Shown here piece by piece: positions 50,740 to 62,079 of a DNA stretch of 64,000 nt (position 1 is the stretch's first letter; every line of letters begins with the position of its first letter). Both the position numbers and the translations under genes were made by a program. The notes under the pieces are model-generated. The model ran no database searches and had not been told where the DNA came from. It saw only the letters and a list, made by a program, of their open reading frames with translations. Origin of the DNA: Puccinia triticina (taxonomy: Eukaryota); the NCBI GenBank assembly GCA_026914245.1, contig CP110439.1:3348001-3412000 (forward strand), in the 5' to 3' direction.

Positions 50740-52379
50740 CGCTCTCCCCGTTGGCCACCCATGTGATTCCTTCACTCCTACTTCTCCTTGTCACCTGTTG
50801 ATACCTTCTTGAAATTACATCACATGAGGAACGCATCCAGACAATTGGCACAGGCGCAGAAATTAGAATTTCAATAAAGGAGTGAACCATGCTCTTCAGT
50901 CGGGTTGTAGGTGACATGAGCGAAGGCGATTAAAATGCGCAGGGAGTATTATGGGTTCAGATTGTGCGAAGAAGTCGTTGCCCACCCATGCTTGAAGCAT
51001 CAAGAGCCAATGGCTTGTTTTGTTTGAGTATCCTTCCAGAAGAGATCATTTACTGCCAGATAACGCAGCCAGCATACTCTACTGCGAGCGTCTTATTTTA
51101 AGTGGGGTGAGATGCTGAAGCTCAACGGACAAGTTTTGTAAGAGTGTCGAGATATTTGATTTATCAAAACCACCTCTTTGTCCAAAACCAGCGCAACATG
51201 AGATAGCATTCCTCAAGTCTTCTCTTTGCCCAGGGCCATTAACACTCTTTTGTCCTTGTTAATTCTTTACTTTGTTTATGGTCTCATCACACCAAATACA
51301 TAACAGCTTGAGTGTCCAAAAGAACCTCGAAAAAACGCAATTGTAAAGATGTACCCCACTAAGATGCCAATTTGAGTCTCCTAGTCTACCAGACCGATGG
51401 TAGGGTATCCATTTCTCATAATCCATTTGAACAAGTAGTCGCTTATGCCCTATTTCTAGTGTGTATGGATGCCTTATTCTTGTCTGGATTCCTTGGATGT
51501 GTGCTTGAGTTCCACCACAAACACCCCTAACTTCAAACTCCTTCCCTCTGGAGGAGTTCTGGTGTGAACATTTTTGGGCAAAGCCACTCTCCCCAGAGAC
51601 TTACAGGCTTTCACAGTGGGAGGCCACCCACCAAAAAGTGAAAAAAAATTAATCTTTGAATTTTCCAGCCTGTAGTTTCTTCAATGTCCCTCCCATTATC
51701 AAGACTCAAGGAAATGTAGATTTTGTAGATTTTTTAAGCTCATCACCTCATCAATATACCTTAGCTTTTTTTGATAGATTTTTGGAAAATTTCAACCAGA
51801 CCTAAGACCAAGCTCTTCTCAGGATGTGCCTGCGTCAGTGCATGTTTCCAAGTGGGGTAAGAGTTCCTTCCTCCTTCTGGCCTGTGAAGCCCTACTGTTG
51901 TTAGGGTTTCACACAAAGGACCACAAAATTACTTGACCCCCTGCACTGGTAGAGTATTTGTTCTGAAGTCCCCTCTTCCCTAGTCCGGTAGAGATTAATT
52001 CTATCCCGGCTAGGTAAGCAGCTCCTCCATTTTTCCTTCTCCTTGTTTTCTTCTCTCTTTCTCAGTGTACTTTCCAAGTTGTACTCATGGGAGATTCATT
52101 CTCTCCCAGCTAGCTCATGCAACCAAGCCCCACAGATTTGAACTGGAAATAGTCTTAGGCTTCAACCCCGTTCCAAGCCTCCTTTCCACCCACCTTCCAG
52201 TGAGGGTCCATTCACCCCTGACCTTTTTTACTGTTTTTTTATTGTTTAAAAAATAAATGAAGACAAGATGCACACACATCCTCTCATGATGCATGGACAT
52301 CATATTTAGCTTTGAAAACAACAGGCTCTCAAAGTTGAACTTCAGGTTTTCATGATCACCTTCAGTCAAGCAAAGAGGG

Positions 52380-52660
52380 TTGTGCATATCCCTTTGATGA
52401 ACGGTCTGTACTGGTCATCCAGAGGGTTGTATGCTCTTGATGGCCAGTCTGTGCTGGAAATTGAGACAGTTGATTTCTCTTGATGAACAGCCTGGAGCGG
52501 CTATTAAGAAGTTGTACGCTCTCAATGGCCGGTCTGTCCCGGTCATCAAGAGTGATGGTGGTGTTTACTCCATTAGTTTTTGGAGTGCACAGGGTTCCAC
52601 TCCCAATAAATTTGAGTGGAGAACTGTGCACTCTAAGATTTCTTGGAGTGAACTACTCTT
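52380..52660. repeat. Remnant arm of a foldback element related to 6583-8847
   Basis: Palindromic minisatellite followed by GGAGTG/CACTCC motifs as in 8690-8790. Confidence 0.6.
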
Positions 52661-52859
52661 TTTTAGTGCACATGGTCATTTTTGGTAGTGTGTAACGCAT
52701 GACCCAAAATTAAATTTACAACTCCCACAAAATATTCATAAATTTAAAGGGAGTTGAAAAATTGACTTCCATGTATTAATTAATTGACTCCCAAAATGTG
52801 TTTACCTCGCGCGGACTGCCTCAGGATGTCCACCCTGGGTCCGCAGGACAAAATTTTGA

Positions 52860-53130
52860 CCCGCAAGGATTTTGGGGCTTGGAGGGCTTTTTCCACCTTT
52901 GCCTTCTTTTCCGGGTCAAAATACATGCCCCAGAAGGCCGCCGTGGACTCCACGTAGGTCAGGGTGGGCGGTTCCACTGCTGCCTGGTTGAGGAACAGGG
53001 CGGCCCATACGCCCACGGGTCCGGTCATGTACAAGGACACAAATATGATTTGCTTTGCGTTGGTTGGGAACAAGGCCTTGTTCAAGGTCATATAGATGCC
53101 AACCTGGTGGGCGAAGAGGCTTGGATCTAC
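52860..53130 (-). pseudogene. Ty3/Gypsy gag (capsid) fragment
   Basis: LFPTNAKQIIFVSLYMTG...W...TY...AFWGMYFDPEKKAKVEKALQ matches the fungal Gypsy gag pattern F.TD..K..F..SY..G.A..W...F.DP.....A...L. Confidence 0.65.
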
Positions 53131-53697
53131 AGCCTCTTGAACCTTGAGTATGGTCCGTGACATGTACGTGTAGTCTATGTACATGTGAGTCTGCTCTGCA
53201 GAGCCCGCGCTACGGCTCATAACAGTGTCAAGTCAATATTCAAGGTTTGTTGTACCATATTCAAGCTAGACAATCTGGCTTCTTAACACATATAAGCTTG
53301 TGAGTTGTTTTTTTTGTTTTCCAATGTCTCCATGCACATGCATGTGAGCTGTTTTCCATTTTGTCAATGTCACCTTTGTGTACGCGCGTACATTGGGGTG
53401 ACAGATCACCAGAGGGGCCTTTCACGGCTCTGCGAAAAGTAAAAATTGGTCAGAAAGCCATTAAAGCCCCAGCTAGTCACATTTATGTTGTGCAAAACCC
53501 CTTGCACATAGAGAAATTGATCAACATAAATTTGACCTGAATGATTGAGAATTGGGCATTGAGTAACTATCATTTCCTTATAGGTTGCAATTGAGTTATC
53601 CTTAAAGAATGAAACAGTTTTATACAACATTGCATGAGTGTCAGACACTGAGACACTAACTCCATGTGTCTACAAGTGGAAAGTGCATGTTTTATAA

Positions 53698-54320
53698 CAC
53701 TGCGGGCATCTTGATGTCGCTGCGGACCGCAGCGACATCTGACGATTCAGTGGGGATTCGAGCCCTGCGCAACAAGTATTGCAGCGACACTTGGCCGGCT
53801 GATGGACAGCCGGCCACCGAGCACAAGGACCGGTCATTGGGAGGAGGAATCCATACTCCTCTCAATGCCAACACAGGCCTGCGTCGAGAGGAGTACATGC
53901 ACCTCGATGCCCGGTCTGTGCCGTCCATCGAGGGAAGTGTGTATGTACTCCTCCCAATGACCGGGCCTTGGGCCAGCCATCGAGAGGAGTGCGTACTCCT
54001 CTTGGTGACCGTTTGTTGTGCCGGCCATCGAGAGGTGTCTGTACTCCTCTTGACGCCGGTGTGTGCTGGCATCAAGAGGAGTGTGGACTCCTCCCGATGA
54101 CCGGTCCATGAGCTGGTCACCGAGAGGAGTGAGAGGAGTGTGTAATCCTCTCGATGGCCGGCACAAGGACCGGTCATCAAGAGATTGTTATGTATTGGTG
54201 GCCGGCTGTCCAAAGGCAAATCTATCAGCCGGCCAGATGTTGCTGCAGCTGACGCTGCATTCTGACATGCAGCGTCATGATGTCGCTGCGGCCCGCACTG
54301 ACAGCAAGATGCCCGCAGTG
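53698..54320. mobile_element. CACTG-ended (CACTA/CMC) non-autonomous element
   Basis: CACTGCGGGCATCTTG...CAAGATGCCCGCAGTG; 3-bp TSD TAA; internal palindromic minisatellite. Confidence 0.88.
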
Positions 54321-54395
54321 TAACCTAATGGTTAGAGACTGCTTTAGTAATTGACTCATGTACATGAAGTCATGAGTTCAATCCCCTGTCTTTAC
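54321..54395 (+). pseudogene. tRNA-derived segment inside the solo LTR
   Basis: A-box-like TAACCTAATGGTTAG and B-box-like GAGTTCAATCC; acceptor stem not intact. Confidence 0.5.
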
Positions 54396-55368
54396 ATTAA
54401 TTTGTACCTTTTATGGCTATGTACAGCTTTTATGGATCAAACCATAATATTTCACACTTTTTAAGTATGCAATTAACTTTATTTCACCTTTTATTACATG
54501 TTGTACATACAGAGAGAGATAATCTTATCTCTCCATGTATTTATCCTTATTGAGAGCAATTACTTACAAATAGAGAGTTTACATAAATACTATGTAAATC
54601 CCTCTCTTGAATTCCGTGTTCCTCTCCTCCTCCTTGGAGTTAAGGATCCCTCTGGGGCCTTGACTCAAAGGAGGATCTGGATCCTGTAATATAAAAGGGG
54701 GGACCTTTCCCCTGGAGAGATCTCCCCCCAAGATTATTACACATAAAAACCTGATTACCTTACTTATATTACAAGTGAGTGGGGTTTAAGTTATAATCTA
54801 CCAACCTTTTCTATTTACAGCTTCATCTTCCTTCAAGTATATTTCTCCTAGTTACAGGTGGGTAGTATAACACCTGTAACCTAGGATAAAAAGGATATAT
54901 TTCCTTATTCAGCTACAGCGCTTGGCTCGAGTTATCGCCGCGTCCCCTTACATTTGTAAGGGGGCTAGCCCCTCCGCTACATAGCGTCGAGGTGTGGTTT
55001 ATTCCCACTGGCTCTTTGAGCTACAGTGCGGCCCCATCTCCGCTGGCCGCAGCCCAAGCCGCTACAGCGTGAACTTAAAATCCATCAGAGCCACGTCACA
55101 TAAGAGACGAGCCCTGACAATGAGGTCCTGTGATACTTTGTCATAAATTAAGCCAGACTTCCCATTGACTTCTGAATAATTTATCAATCATTTCCTAATA
55201 GAAATCTGACTGACATCAGACCCAGAACAACATAAAAGTACAGTCAGGCACTCTCTGGAGAGAGTGTCAAAGTCTCCCCCGGTGCATAGTAATTAGACTG
55301 TGAGTTCCAAATTTCTGAATGATTTCTAAGCTTCAAAAAAAAAACTCCCTGGTAATCTTTGAAAAATA

Positions 55369-56351
55369 GGGGGTTTCAAACCACCTCCAGGAAGTTGTCC
55401 AGGTTGCACTTTCCAGGAAAAAAACACCTCCTGGAACATCTCCTGCGGACCTGGATTCCTGACCGGCAAGACCCTCCAGGAGGTCCAGGAAATCAGGAAA
55501 AACAAGTCCAAAACAAAGAAACAATACCATCTTTGACCTTAGCCCCAAACAGAACTGAACCCCCAGGACTTTTTTTCTCACCATCTTCCCACCACATGGT
55601 CATTGGGAGGACTCACAACCTCTCAATGACCTAGAGAATCTGCTGTTGGACCCGGGTGCCGCACCCGTTTTACCTGAAAAATAGGCACCTGCACCCGTAC
55701 CCGGCACCTGCCGGCGGGTGCCGCGGGTGTACCGGCGGGTGCCGCCGGAAAGGATCCTTTCCGGGAGACGAGGCTGTTGTAGTCTTGTTGTCCGCGAGGG
55801 ATCCGCGGACAACGAGGCTACAACAGCCTCGTTGCTTGCAAGGGATCCGCGGACAACGAGGCTACAACAGCCTTGTCGCTCGCAAGTGATCCCTTGCGGA
55901 CAACGAGGCTGTATCTTGTTGTCCGCAAGGGTTCACTTGCGGACAACGAGGCTGTATCTTGTCGTCCGCAAGGGTTACTTGCGGACGACGAGGCTACAAC
56001 TCGTCGTCCGCAAGTGATCCCTTGCGGACAACAAGATACAGCCTCCTTGCAACACTGGGTCGCTACGCTACGCTACGCTACGCTATTTCAGCACTACGTG
56101 TTAGCGTAGCGGCAAAAAGCGCGCATCTATTTTGCATAGCGTTAGCGCGCTGTTAGCGCCGCACTTTGGGACCCCGGCCACAATGTAATTTTATGAGATA
56201 AAACCACTCCCATTTCCTGGTTCAAATTTCCTGTTCTTGAGCATTTGGGGGGACTCAAACTCCAGGTCCCAGGAGTTTTTTTTTTTGGCAGGGGAAATTT
56301 TTCCTGGGAAGTCCAACCTGGAATACTTCCTGGAGGTGGTTTGAAACCCCC
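55369..56351. mobile_element. TIR element of unassigned superfamily, with internal inserts
   Basis: GGGGGTTTCAAACCACCTCCAGGAAGT...ACTTCCTGGAGGTGGTTTGAAACCCCC, flanked by TA. Confidence 0.65.
55765..56049. repeat. Array of GCGGACAACGAGGCT hairpin-forming units
   Basis: Repeated GCGGACAACGAGGCT alternating with TCTTGTTGTCCGC / CCTCGTTG-like inverse motifs. Confidence 0.85.
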
Positions 56352-57158
56352 TAATGTTCCCAAGCCCTACACGGCAGGGGTACTTCCTGCCCCGCCCGTT
56401 TGTGGAACCGACGAGAGGAGGGTAATCTGTGGAGCCGACGAGGATCGGCTTGGTAACCCCTCGGTAAGCTTGTTGGTTCCACGAAACGCTATTTTTCCAC
56501 GTGGAACCGATGGGCTTCACACTTTTCCCCGTTGGTTCCACGATGTGCCTTCCTGGCACGCGTGGAGACCACGTCAGCTCGTTGCTCACGTCGGTTCCAC
56601 GGCATTTCTTTTTTTTTTTACTTCCAGCTAAGACCACCTCAGGCTGGTCCTGAGGTTTTGAAAGTCCAACAAAACTTGATTTTGAAGAGAGGAAAAAAAA
56701 CTTGAAAAAAAAAACTTAAGAAAAAAACCTATTGCAAACCCAATCGCAAACCATTGTTTGGCGGGTTGATATAGTGTGTAAAAGCGTGATACAGGAATGT
56801 GAAATGGCTGCGTTGTGTAGCACTCCATTTCACCCAGGCTCCCTGTGTTTGGTGTGGGTTCGAGTCCCAATGATGACAATTTTTGTTGGGCTCCTCCCGC
56901 TAAATTTTTCAGCCACGCCTACGTGGCCACGTGGATTCCACGGGTACACATCTGTAAGTATCCGTGGAATCCTTGGGGCCATCACGAGGTGCCCCCGTGA
57001 TCCACTTGGTGGAGGTCACGTGAACGTGTGGACCAGCAGCCGCTGGTCCGACCTTGCGCGCGGCTACCACGTGGAGTCCTTGTGGATTCCGCGTGATTTC
57101 CCCGTGGATGGACTCCCCGGGTGTACTGGTTAGTTTTGTCTCTTTGACTGATTCTCAT

Positions 57159-57764
57159 CAAGGGTGGGCTGTTATGTTACCCGTAATTGGGAACGTAACT
57201 GTAACGTAACTTTTAAAGTTACGTCACCCAGTAGTTACAGATACCTTGATTTTAGTTACGATATCTGCTGCAGAAAAAGGGCTGTTTATTTTCTAGTTAC
57301 GTTACCCAGAAGTTTTCAACAAAATGGGTTACGTTACAGGTTTGCCCAAATTTGGGTAACTTTGCTGTAACTTTCCAAGAGAAATGACTATCTGTGGGTT
57401 TTTTTTGTTCAACATGAGTACATATTGGGCTCAAGTTGATGTAAAACAGCCACTGATGCCAGTTTCTGCCCAGGGTGTGAGGTCAAAACAGGTGCATAGT
57501 GAGGATTGAACCCGCAACCTGAATGTTGCAAAACATACAAGAGGCAAGCACTAACCATTATGCTAAATTAATTATTCAAATGAACAATTTTTTGGAAAAT
57601 GTTGAACAAAACATTTCCACCCCAAAAAAGTTATGTTATCCAAAACCTCCAAAACTCAAAAATAAAAAAAAGTTACTTTACGTGGCTAATTTGGATAACT
57701 AAAAAAAAGTTACGGTATACAATTAGCCCTCCGTAACGTACCGTAACGTAACTGCCCACCCTTG
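57159..57764. mobile_element. MITE with 7-bp TSD (P-superfamily-like)
   Basis: CAAGGGTGGGC.GTTA...TAACTGCCCACCCTTG; TSD TTCTCAT. Confidence 0.9.
57491..57570 (-). pseudogene. tRNA-derived segment inside the MITE
   Basis: Minus strand TAGCATAATGGTTAGTGC (D-arm / A-box) ... GCGGGTTCAATCC (T-loop / B-box). Confidence 0.55.
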
Positions 57765-58950
57765 TTCTCATCCTGTGATTCCCTAATGCTGTTGGCAGGT
57801 GTGGGAGTTAGAGGCTCAGAGGTTGCAGGTTGGTTCTTGTGGCCGTCAATGTCATTTGTAGTTGAATTTGGTGCAGGATTGACCTCAATATCAGTTTTGT
57901 TGGTAGAAGAACCCGCCATGAGCCAAGCACCAAGAGTTAAGAGTGGTGTACGTGGTTACAAGAGAGTGTCACCGAGTCTGGATGGTGGTCCCAAGCTGGC
58001 GGCCTGGGGTATTGGGTTGCCGGTTGGACTTGAGAGCCAACAGTGTTGGCTTGCCGCTGCTGGCAAGCCTTTGTTGGCTGTCTTCCGTGTTGGACCCTTG
58101 TTTGACGTACAGTCAAGCCAACGGGGCCAACAAGTTGGCCCAACCCAGCCGTACCATCAGCCTGCTCAGCAGGGCCAAACATGGTTGGCTGGGTTATGCC
58201 ATGGCACTATTCTGACCCCGCTTTCATGCCAACAGAATGGGCTGGTTGCATTGGCATGACAGCTGGGTCGGATGGGTCAAACCAACGCGGGTCTGACCCA
58301 TCCCCGGCGTTGACCTGCCTCCGCAGTCAAATTTGCGGCAGGCAGGTCAAACCTGACATTCCCTTGACCCCGCGGGCGCGCCAACGCAACTCAAAGTTGA
58401 GAATTGAGCGGTGGTGTAGTGAAATATATCATGTAAACAACATTTTTGATGATATAGATAAAAAAGGATTTCTTCAGTCCTGTTTGTTTCTACTTCCATG
58501 TCGGGCCCAGTTGAGATCAATGAGGTCATTGGTAAGCCTTCAATGTTGTGCTCCCAAATTGAGCTTGACTGATTGAATTTGTTGCTGGCGTAAAGTGTAC
58601 GGTATACTTTGAGGTGGAACAAGCTTCATGCGTTGAGGTAACTCAAAAGTGCCTGTTGATTTGGGCTTGTTGTCCTCGACAATCATATTGTGAAGGATAA
58701 CACATGTTCGCATGATTGAAACCATGTCGTGGGGGTTCCAGAAGCAAGCAGGTGAGGCAATTATGGCCCATTGTGCTTGTAAAACACCAAATTCCCTTTC
58801 AATATCTTTTCGAGCGGCTTCTTGAAGCTTTTGGAAGTGTTGAGATCAAGCATCCCTTGGCTTTGATAAGGGTTGACCAGGCAGGATATATTCCATCAAC
58901 AAGGTAATAAACATGCTGATATTGCTGGACGCAGACTTCAAATTCAACAT

Positions 58951-59962
58951 TGTGGAACTCCGTCCATGCCAGGCAGAGGCAGTTGTTGGAGGGGAAAAGT
59001 TGTTTAGTGGATGCCCTCCAGGGATGGTCTTGGAAAAGAGTGGGGATCTTTGAGTGATGAGGTATGAGGGTGGTTGATTTACAACGGCGCTGAGCGCGCG
59101 TCGGCGGGGTTGTGTTATTGGGAAGGGAGGGAAAGACTGGGATGGATGAGGAAGGTTTGAGATGTTGGGGATCGTCAAAGAGCGCCGGAAGGCGGAGTCA
59201 GACAGGAAGAAGATTGACAAAGCTACGCCACGTGCGTGATAAGAGTTCCCGCAAGTCGTCGGGATGGATAAAGCTAGCAGAATACTTGGGATCGCAATGA
59301 ATAATTAAGGTGTTCAAAGTTGACTTGCATAAAATCATAACACCATAAAATCATAAAATTTTAAGCAGAAAAAATATGTACCACCCCAACACTCAAAACA
59401 GAGCATTAGTTTGAAAATGGTACATAAGAAATTATCACCCAAAGGTTTATGATTTTATGATTTTATGATTTCAACTTTGAACACCTTAAATGATGATGAA
59501 TAAAATTGTGATGGAAAAAAATATTGTTCAGAGTGTCTCCCATGCCGCTCCATCATCTAAGTTTGGACAGAGCTTAGACTCCGGGTGCAGCACGCAGCGG
59601 GACCTTCATCATACACCCACGCGCGCGACAAACATAAGAACAGAAACAAAACGGAACAACACCACCACAAAAAAAACTCAGACAAAACCAAACCCACCAC
59701 ACTGAACCCATCCAAACGCGCGCAATCAAGAAAGGTAAAAAAGAAACCACAGAACCAAAACAGAAAAGAAACAAGATAAGTAACAGAAAGAAACAATCCA
59801 CATAAGAGAAGACAACCAAAACCCGCGGGCCATCATGTGTCCGCCGCGTGAGATCCACGCGTCTCAGATTCAAAACTTGCTTCATGAGACGTCTTGAGGT
59901 CCGCCGCGCGTCCGCGCTGTGATTTGAAATTTGGCTCTATGTGTACCGGATAGCGCACCACA
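58951..59962 (-). mobile_element. Solo LTR-like element, TGTGGT family
   Basis: Minus strand TGTGGTGCGC...GGAGTTCCACA; 4-bp TSD ACAT / ACGT; removal restores transposase WDVEFEV. Confidence 0.75.
59308..59486. mobile_element. TA-MITE
   Basis: AGGTGTTCAAAGTTGA...TCAACTTTGAACACCT flanked by TA; ATCATAAA motifs. Confidence 0.85.
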
Positions 59963-61774
59963 ACGTCCCAGGCAGTTCCAGCTAGTTGTTCTTCAAAAAT
60001 AGGTGACTGATTCAGGACATTAATATTGTTAAGAGCCCCTGCCGTTCCAAAAAAACTGTGCCAGATCCATAATCATTGATTGGCAAAGGCTTCCAAAACA
60101 ATTGTTGGTCCATCTTCTTTCCCTTTATACTGACCAGCCAATGCAGTTGGGCAGTTCTTCCATGCCCAGTGCATGCAATCCAGGCTGTCAATGCAGCCTG
60201 GAAAGCCTCAAAGATTGTTGATGTCAAGCATTCTTGTCAAGTCTTCGGAAGTTGGCTTTTGTAGATACTTGTCCCCGTAAAGAAGTTCCCTTGATTCACA
60301 GAAATGCTTGAGAGTCTTTTGAGCAGTAGCTTCACCAATTCAATAATATTCATTGGTGGCATCTGATGCACATCCGTAGGCAAGCTGTTGGAGAGCACAA
60401 GTGATCTTCTGGAAACTTGACAGGCCCATCTTTCCTGTGGCATCCTGATAAGTGATTTTTATTAGTTCCAAAGATATCCAAAATATACAGAAGAAAATAA
60501 CATACTGGTTGTTGACCAAAGCATGGAGTGAATTCCGTTATGTGGGCTGCAATCTTCAGGAATAACTCTCTTCTGAGTTGGAAGCGCCTCTCAAAATTAC
60601 GATTGTTGTACGTTGCACCATTGATAAAATAGTCCTTCATGAGCATCTTGTGTCCGGCGGCGTGGTTTCTTTCTTTTTTTGGGCGGTGTTGGGGTGGAGG
60701 GTTTGGATCTCTGTCTTCCTCAGTCTCCAACAGTTCTCCAATTGAGCTGAATCCGTCTTCCTCATCCTCTTCTTCCTCATCTTCATCCTCTGTGTCTGCC
60801 GCAAATATGTCCTCAACAAGTTGTTGTCGTGTATCCATGTGGTTGATCATGGCTAAGGAGAGCTAGCTAGTTTAGCTGGGCAGTTAGCCACAATGGATGT
60901 TGTTGAAGTGGGTGCGCTAAGTTAACTTGGCTTAAATTTGAACTTTAGCCGCGGGCTAAAATAGCAAACTGATACGCCCGGCGAGTCCTTTGACGAGGAT
61001 ATCTTGAGGAATCCTTGTGGATTCCCTGTAGTGCCCCTGCGCAAGGTTGGACCAGCGGCTGCTGGTCCACACGTTCACGTGCTCTCCACCAATTGGATCT
61101 TCCGCCCACCGTGAAATCCACATGGAGCACAATGCCAAGCTGGTGAAAAAAGACCTGCACCAACAAAATGATGCCATTGAGATTTGAACCTGAGCTGCGT
61201 GCCAGGGCAAACCCAACAGTGTTGCTTAGCAGCTACCACTACAGGCATACAGGTGACGTTCCTGCACGCAGCGTCACCTGCGCAGTTACTGCGGCCACCA
61301 AAATTAGGTGATCCAGATTGTGAAACAGCCCCTCGTTTATCAATATTGGACCCACTCAGGAAGCCGTTTGTGAGTCAATTTTCCATCAAAGTTTTTTTTC
61401 TTCCTTTCAATTACTTATTTTCTCAAACTTTCAACACTTCAGGACCAGCCTGAGCTAGTCCTGGTTGGAAGTGAAAAAAAAGGTTGTGGTTGTGGAACTG
61501 ACGTGAGCAACAAGCCAACGTGGTCTCCACAAGTTACAGGAGTGTGCTTTGTGGAACCAATGGGGAAAAGTGACAAAGCCGTTGGTTTCACGGGGAAAAT
61601 GATGTTCTGTGGAACCAACAAGCTTACCAAGCACTTACCAAGCTGATCATTGTTGGTTCCACGGATCAAAAGCTCCTTGTCGGATCCACAAACCTGCTTG
61701 CGAGGAAGTACCCCCGGCGTGTACAGATGCTCTTAGGCCTAGCCTCATCACCCTCTGAGTCACCTGGAGGTTTA

Positions 61775-61931
61775 TGGTATTCAAAATTGCATAAGATTTT
61801 TTTACATAAAATCATAAACTGCAATTTTGGCTGGGAGATGTCACTTAAAGTTGTATGCACGCTGACATCTCCCAGCCAAAATTGGTTTTATGATTTTATG
61901 TAAATAGTGACATATGCAATTTTGAATACCA
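61775..61931. mobile_element. TA-MITE
   Basis: TGGTATTCAAAATTGCATA...TATGCAATTTTGAATACCA flanked by TA. Confidence 0.85.
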
Positions 61932-62079
61932 TAGTTGTTTTCTTTTTGGGTCATCTCTCCTCCACCTCGTCTTCTCCTTGCTTCAACAGTTCTCACCTGT
62001 TTTCACAGTTATAACCTCAAAAGACCTCCCAAGCCAGTTTTTTACATCACAATTACTTCTGAGGAATTCCAGGGACTTA

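Larger units (their letters stand above)
53639..55119 (+). mobile_element. Solo LTR (about 855 bp without its insert)
   Basis: TGTCAG...CTGACA; 5-bp TSD ATGAG; empty site visible at 19162-19166; TATAAAAG near 54690. Confidence 0.85.
53225..55284 (-). mobile_element. Second, truncated copy of the CMC-like element
   Basis: Reverse complement of 19005-19286 + 25403-25700; TIR ...GTCAAAGTCTCCCCCGGTG ends at 55284. Confidence 0.8.
58480..60850 (-). pseudogene. PIF/Harbinger DDE transposase, disrupted
   Basis: DYF...FERRF; QKITCALQQLAYG; GFPGCIDSLDCMHWAWKNCP; LWIWHSFFG..G.LNNINVL; YYLVDGIYP; CVILHNMIVED; stops and a 1-kb insertion. The 3' end is approximate. Confidence 0.92.
56362..61732 (-). mobile_element. 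PIF/Harbinger transposon with long imperfect inverted arms
   Basis: Right end ...GTACAGATGCTC+TTA; arms 56370-57130 and 60970-61720 are inverted homologues; internal Harbinger transposase; left tip degenerate. Confidence 0.8.

Noticed and set aside
57941..58392. Possible GAGT...ACTC insertion inside the Harbinger
   Set aside because: The TIR and the putative 8-bp TSD (AGAGTTAA/AAAGTTGA) are too degenerate to call.
54321..61250. Functional tRNA genes
   Set aside because: Acceptor and anticodon stems cannot be formed convincingly; kept only as tRNA-derived remnants.
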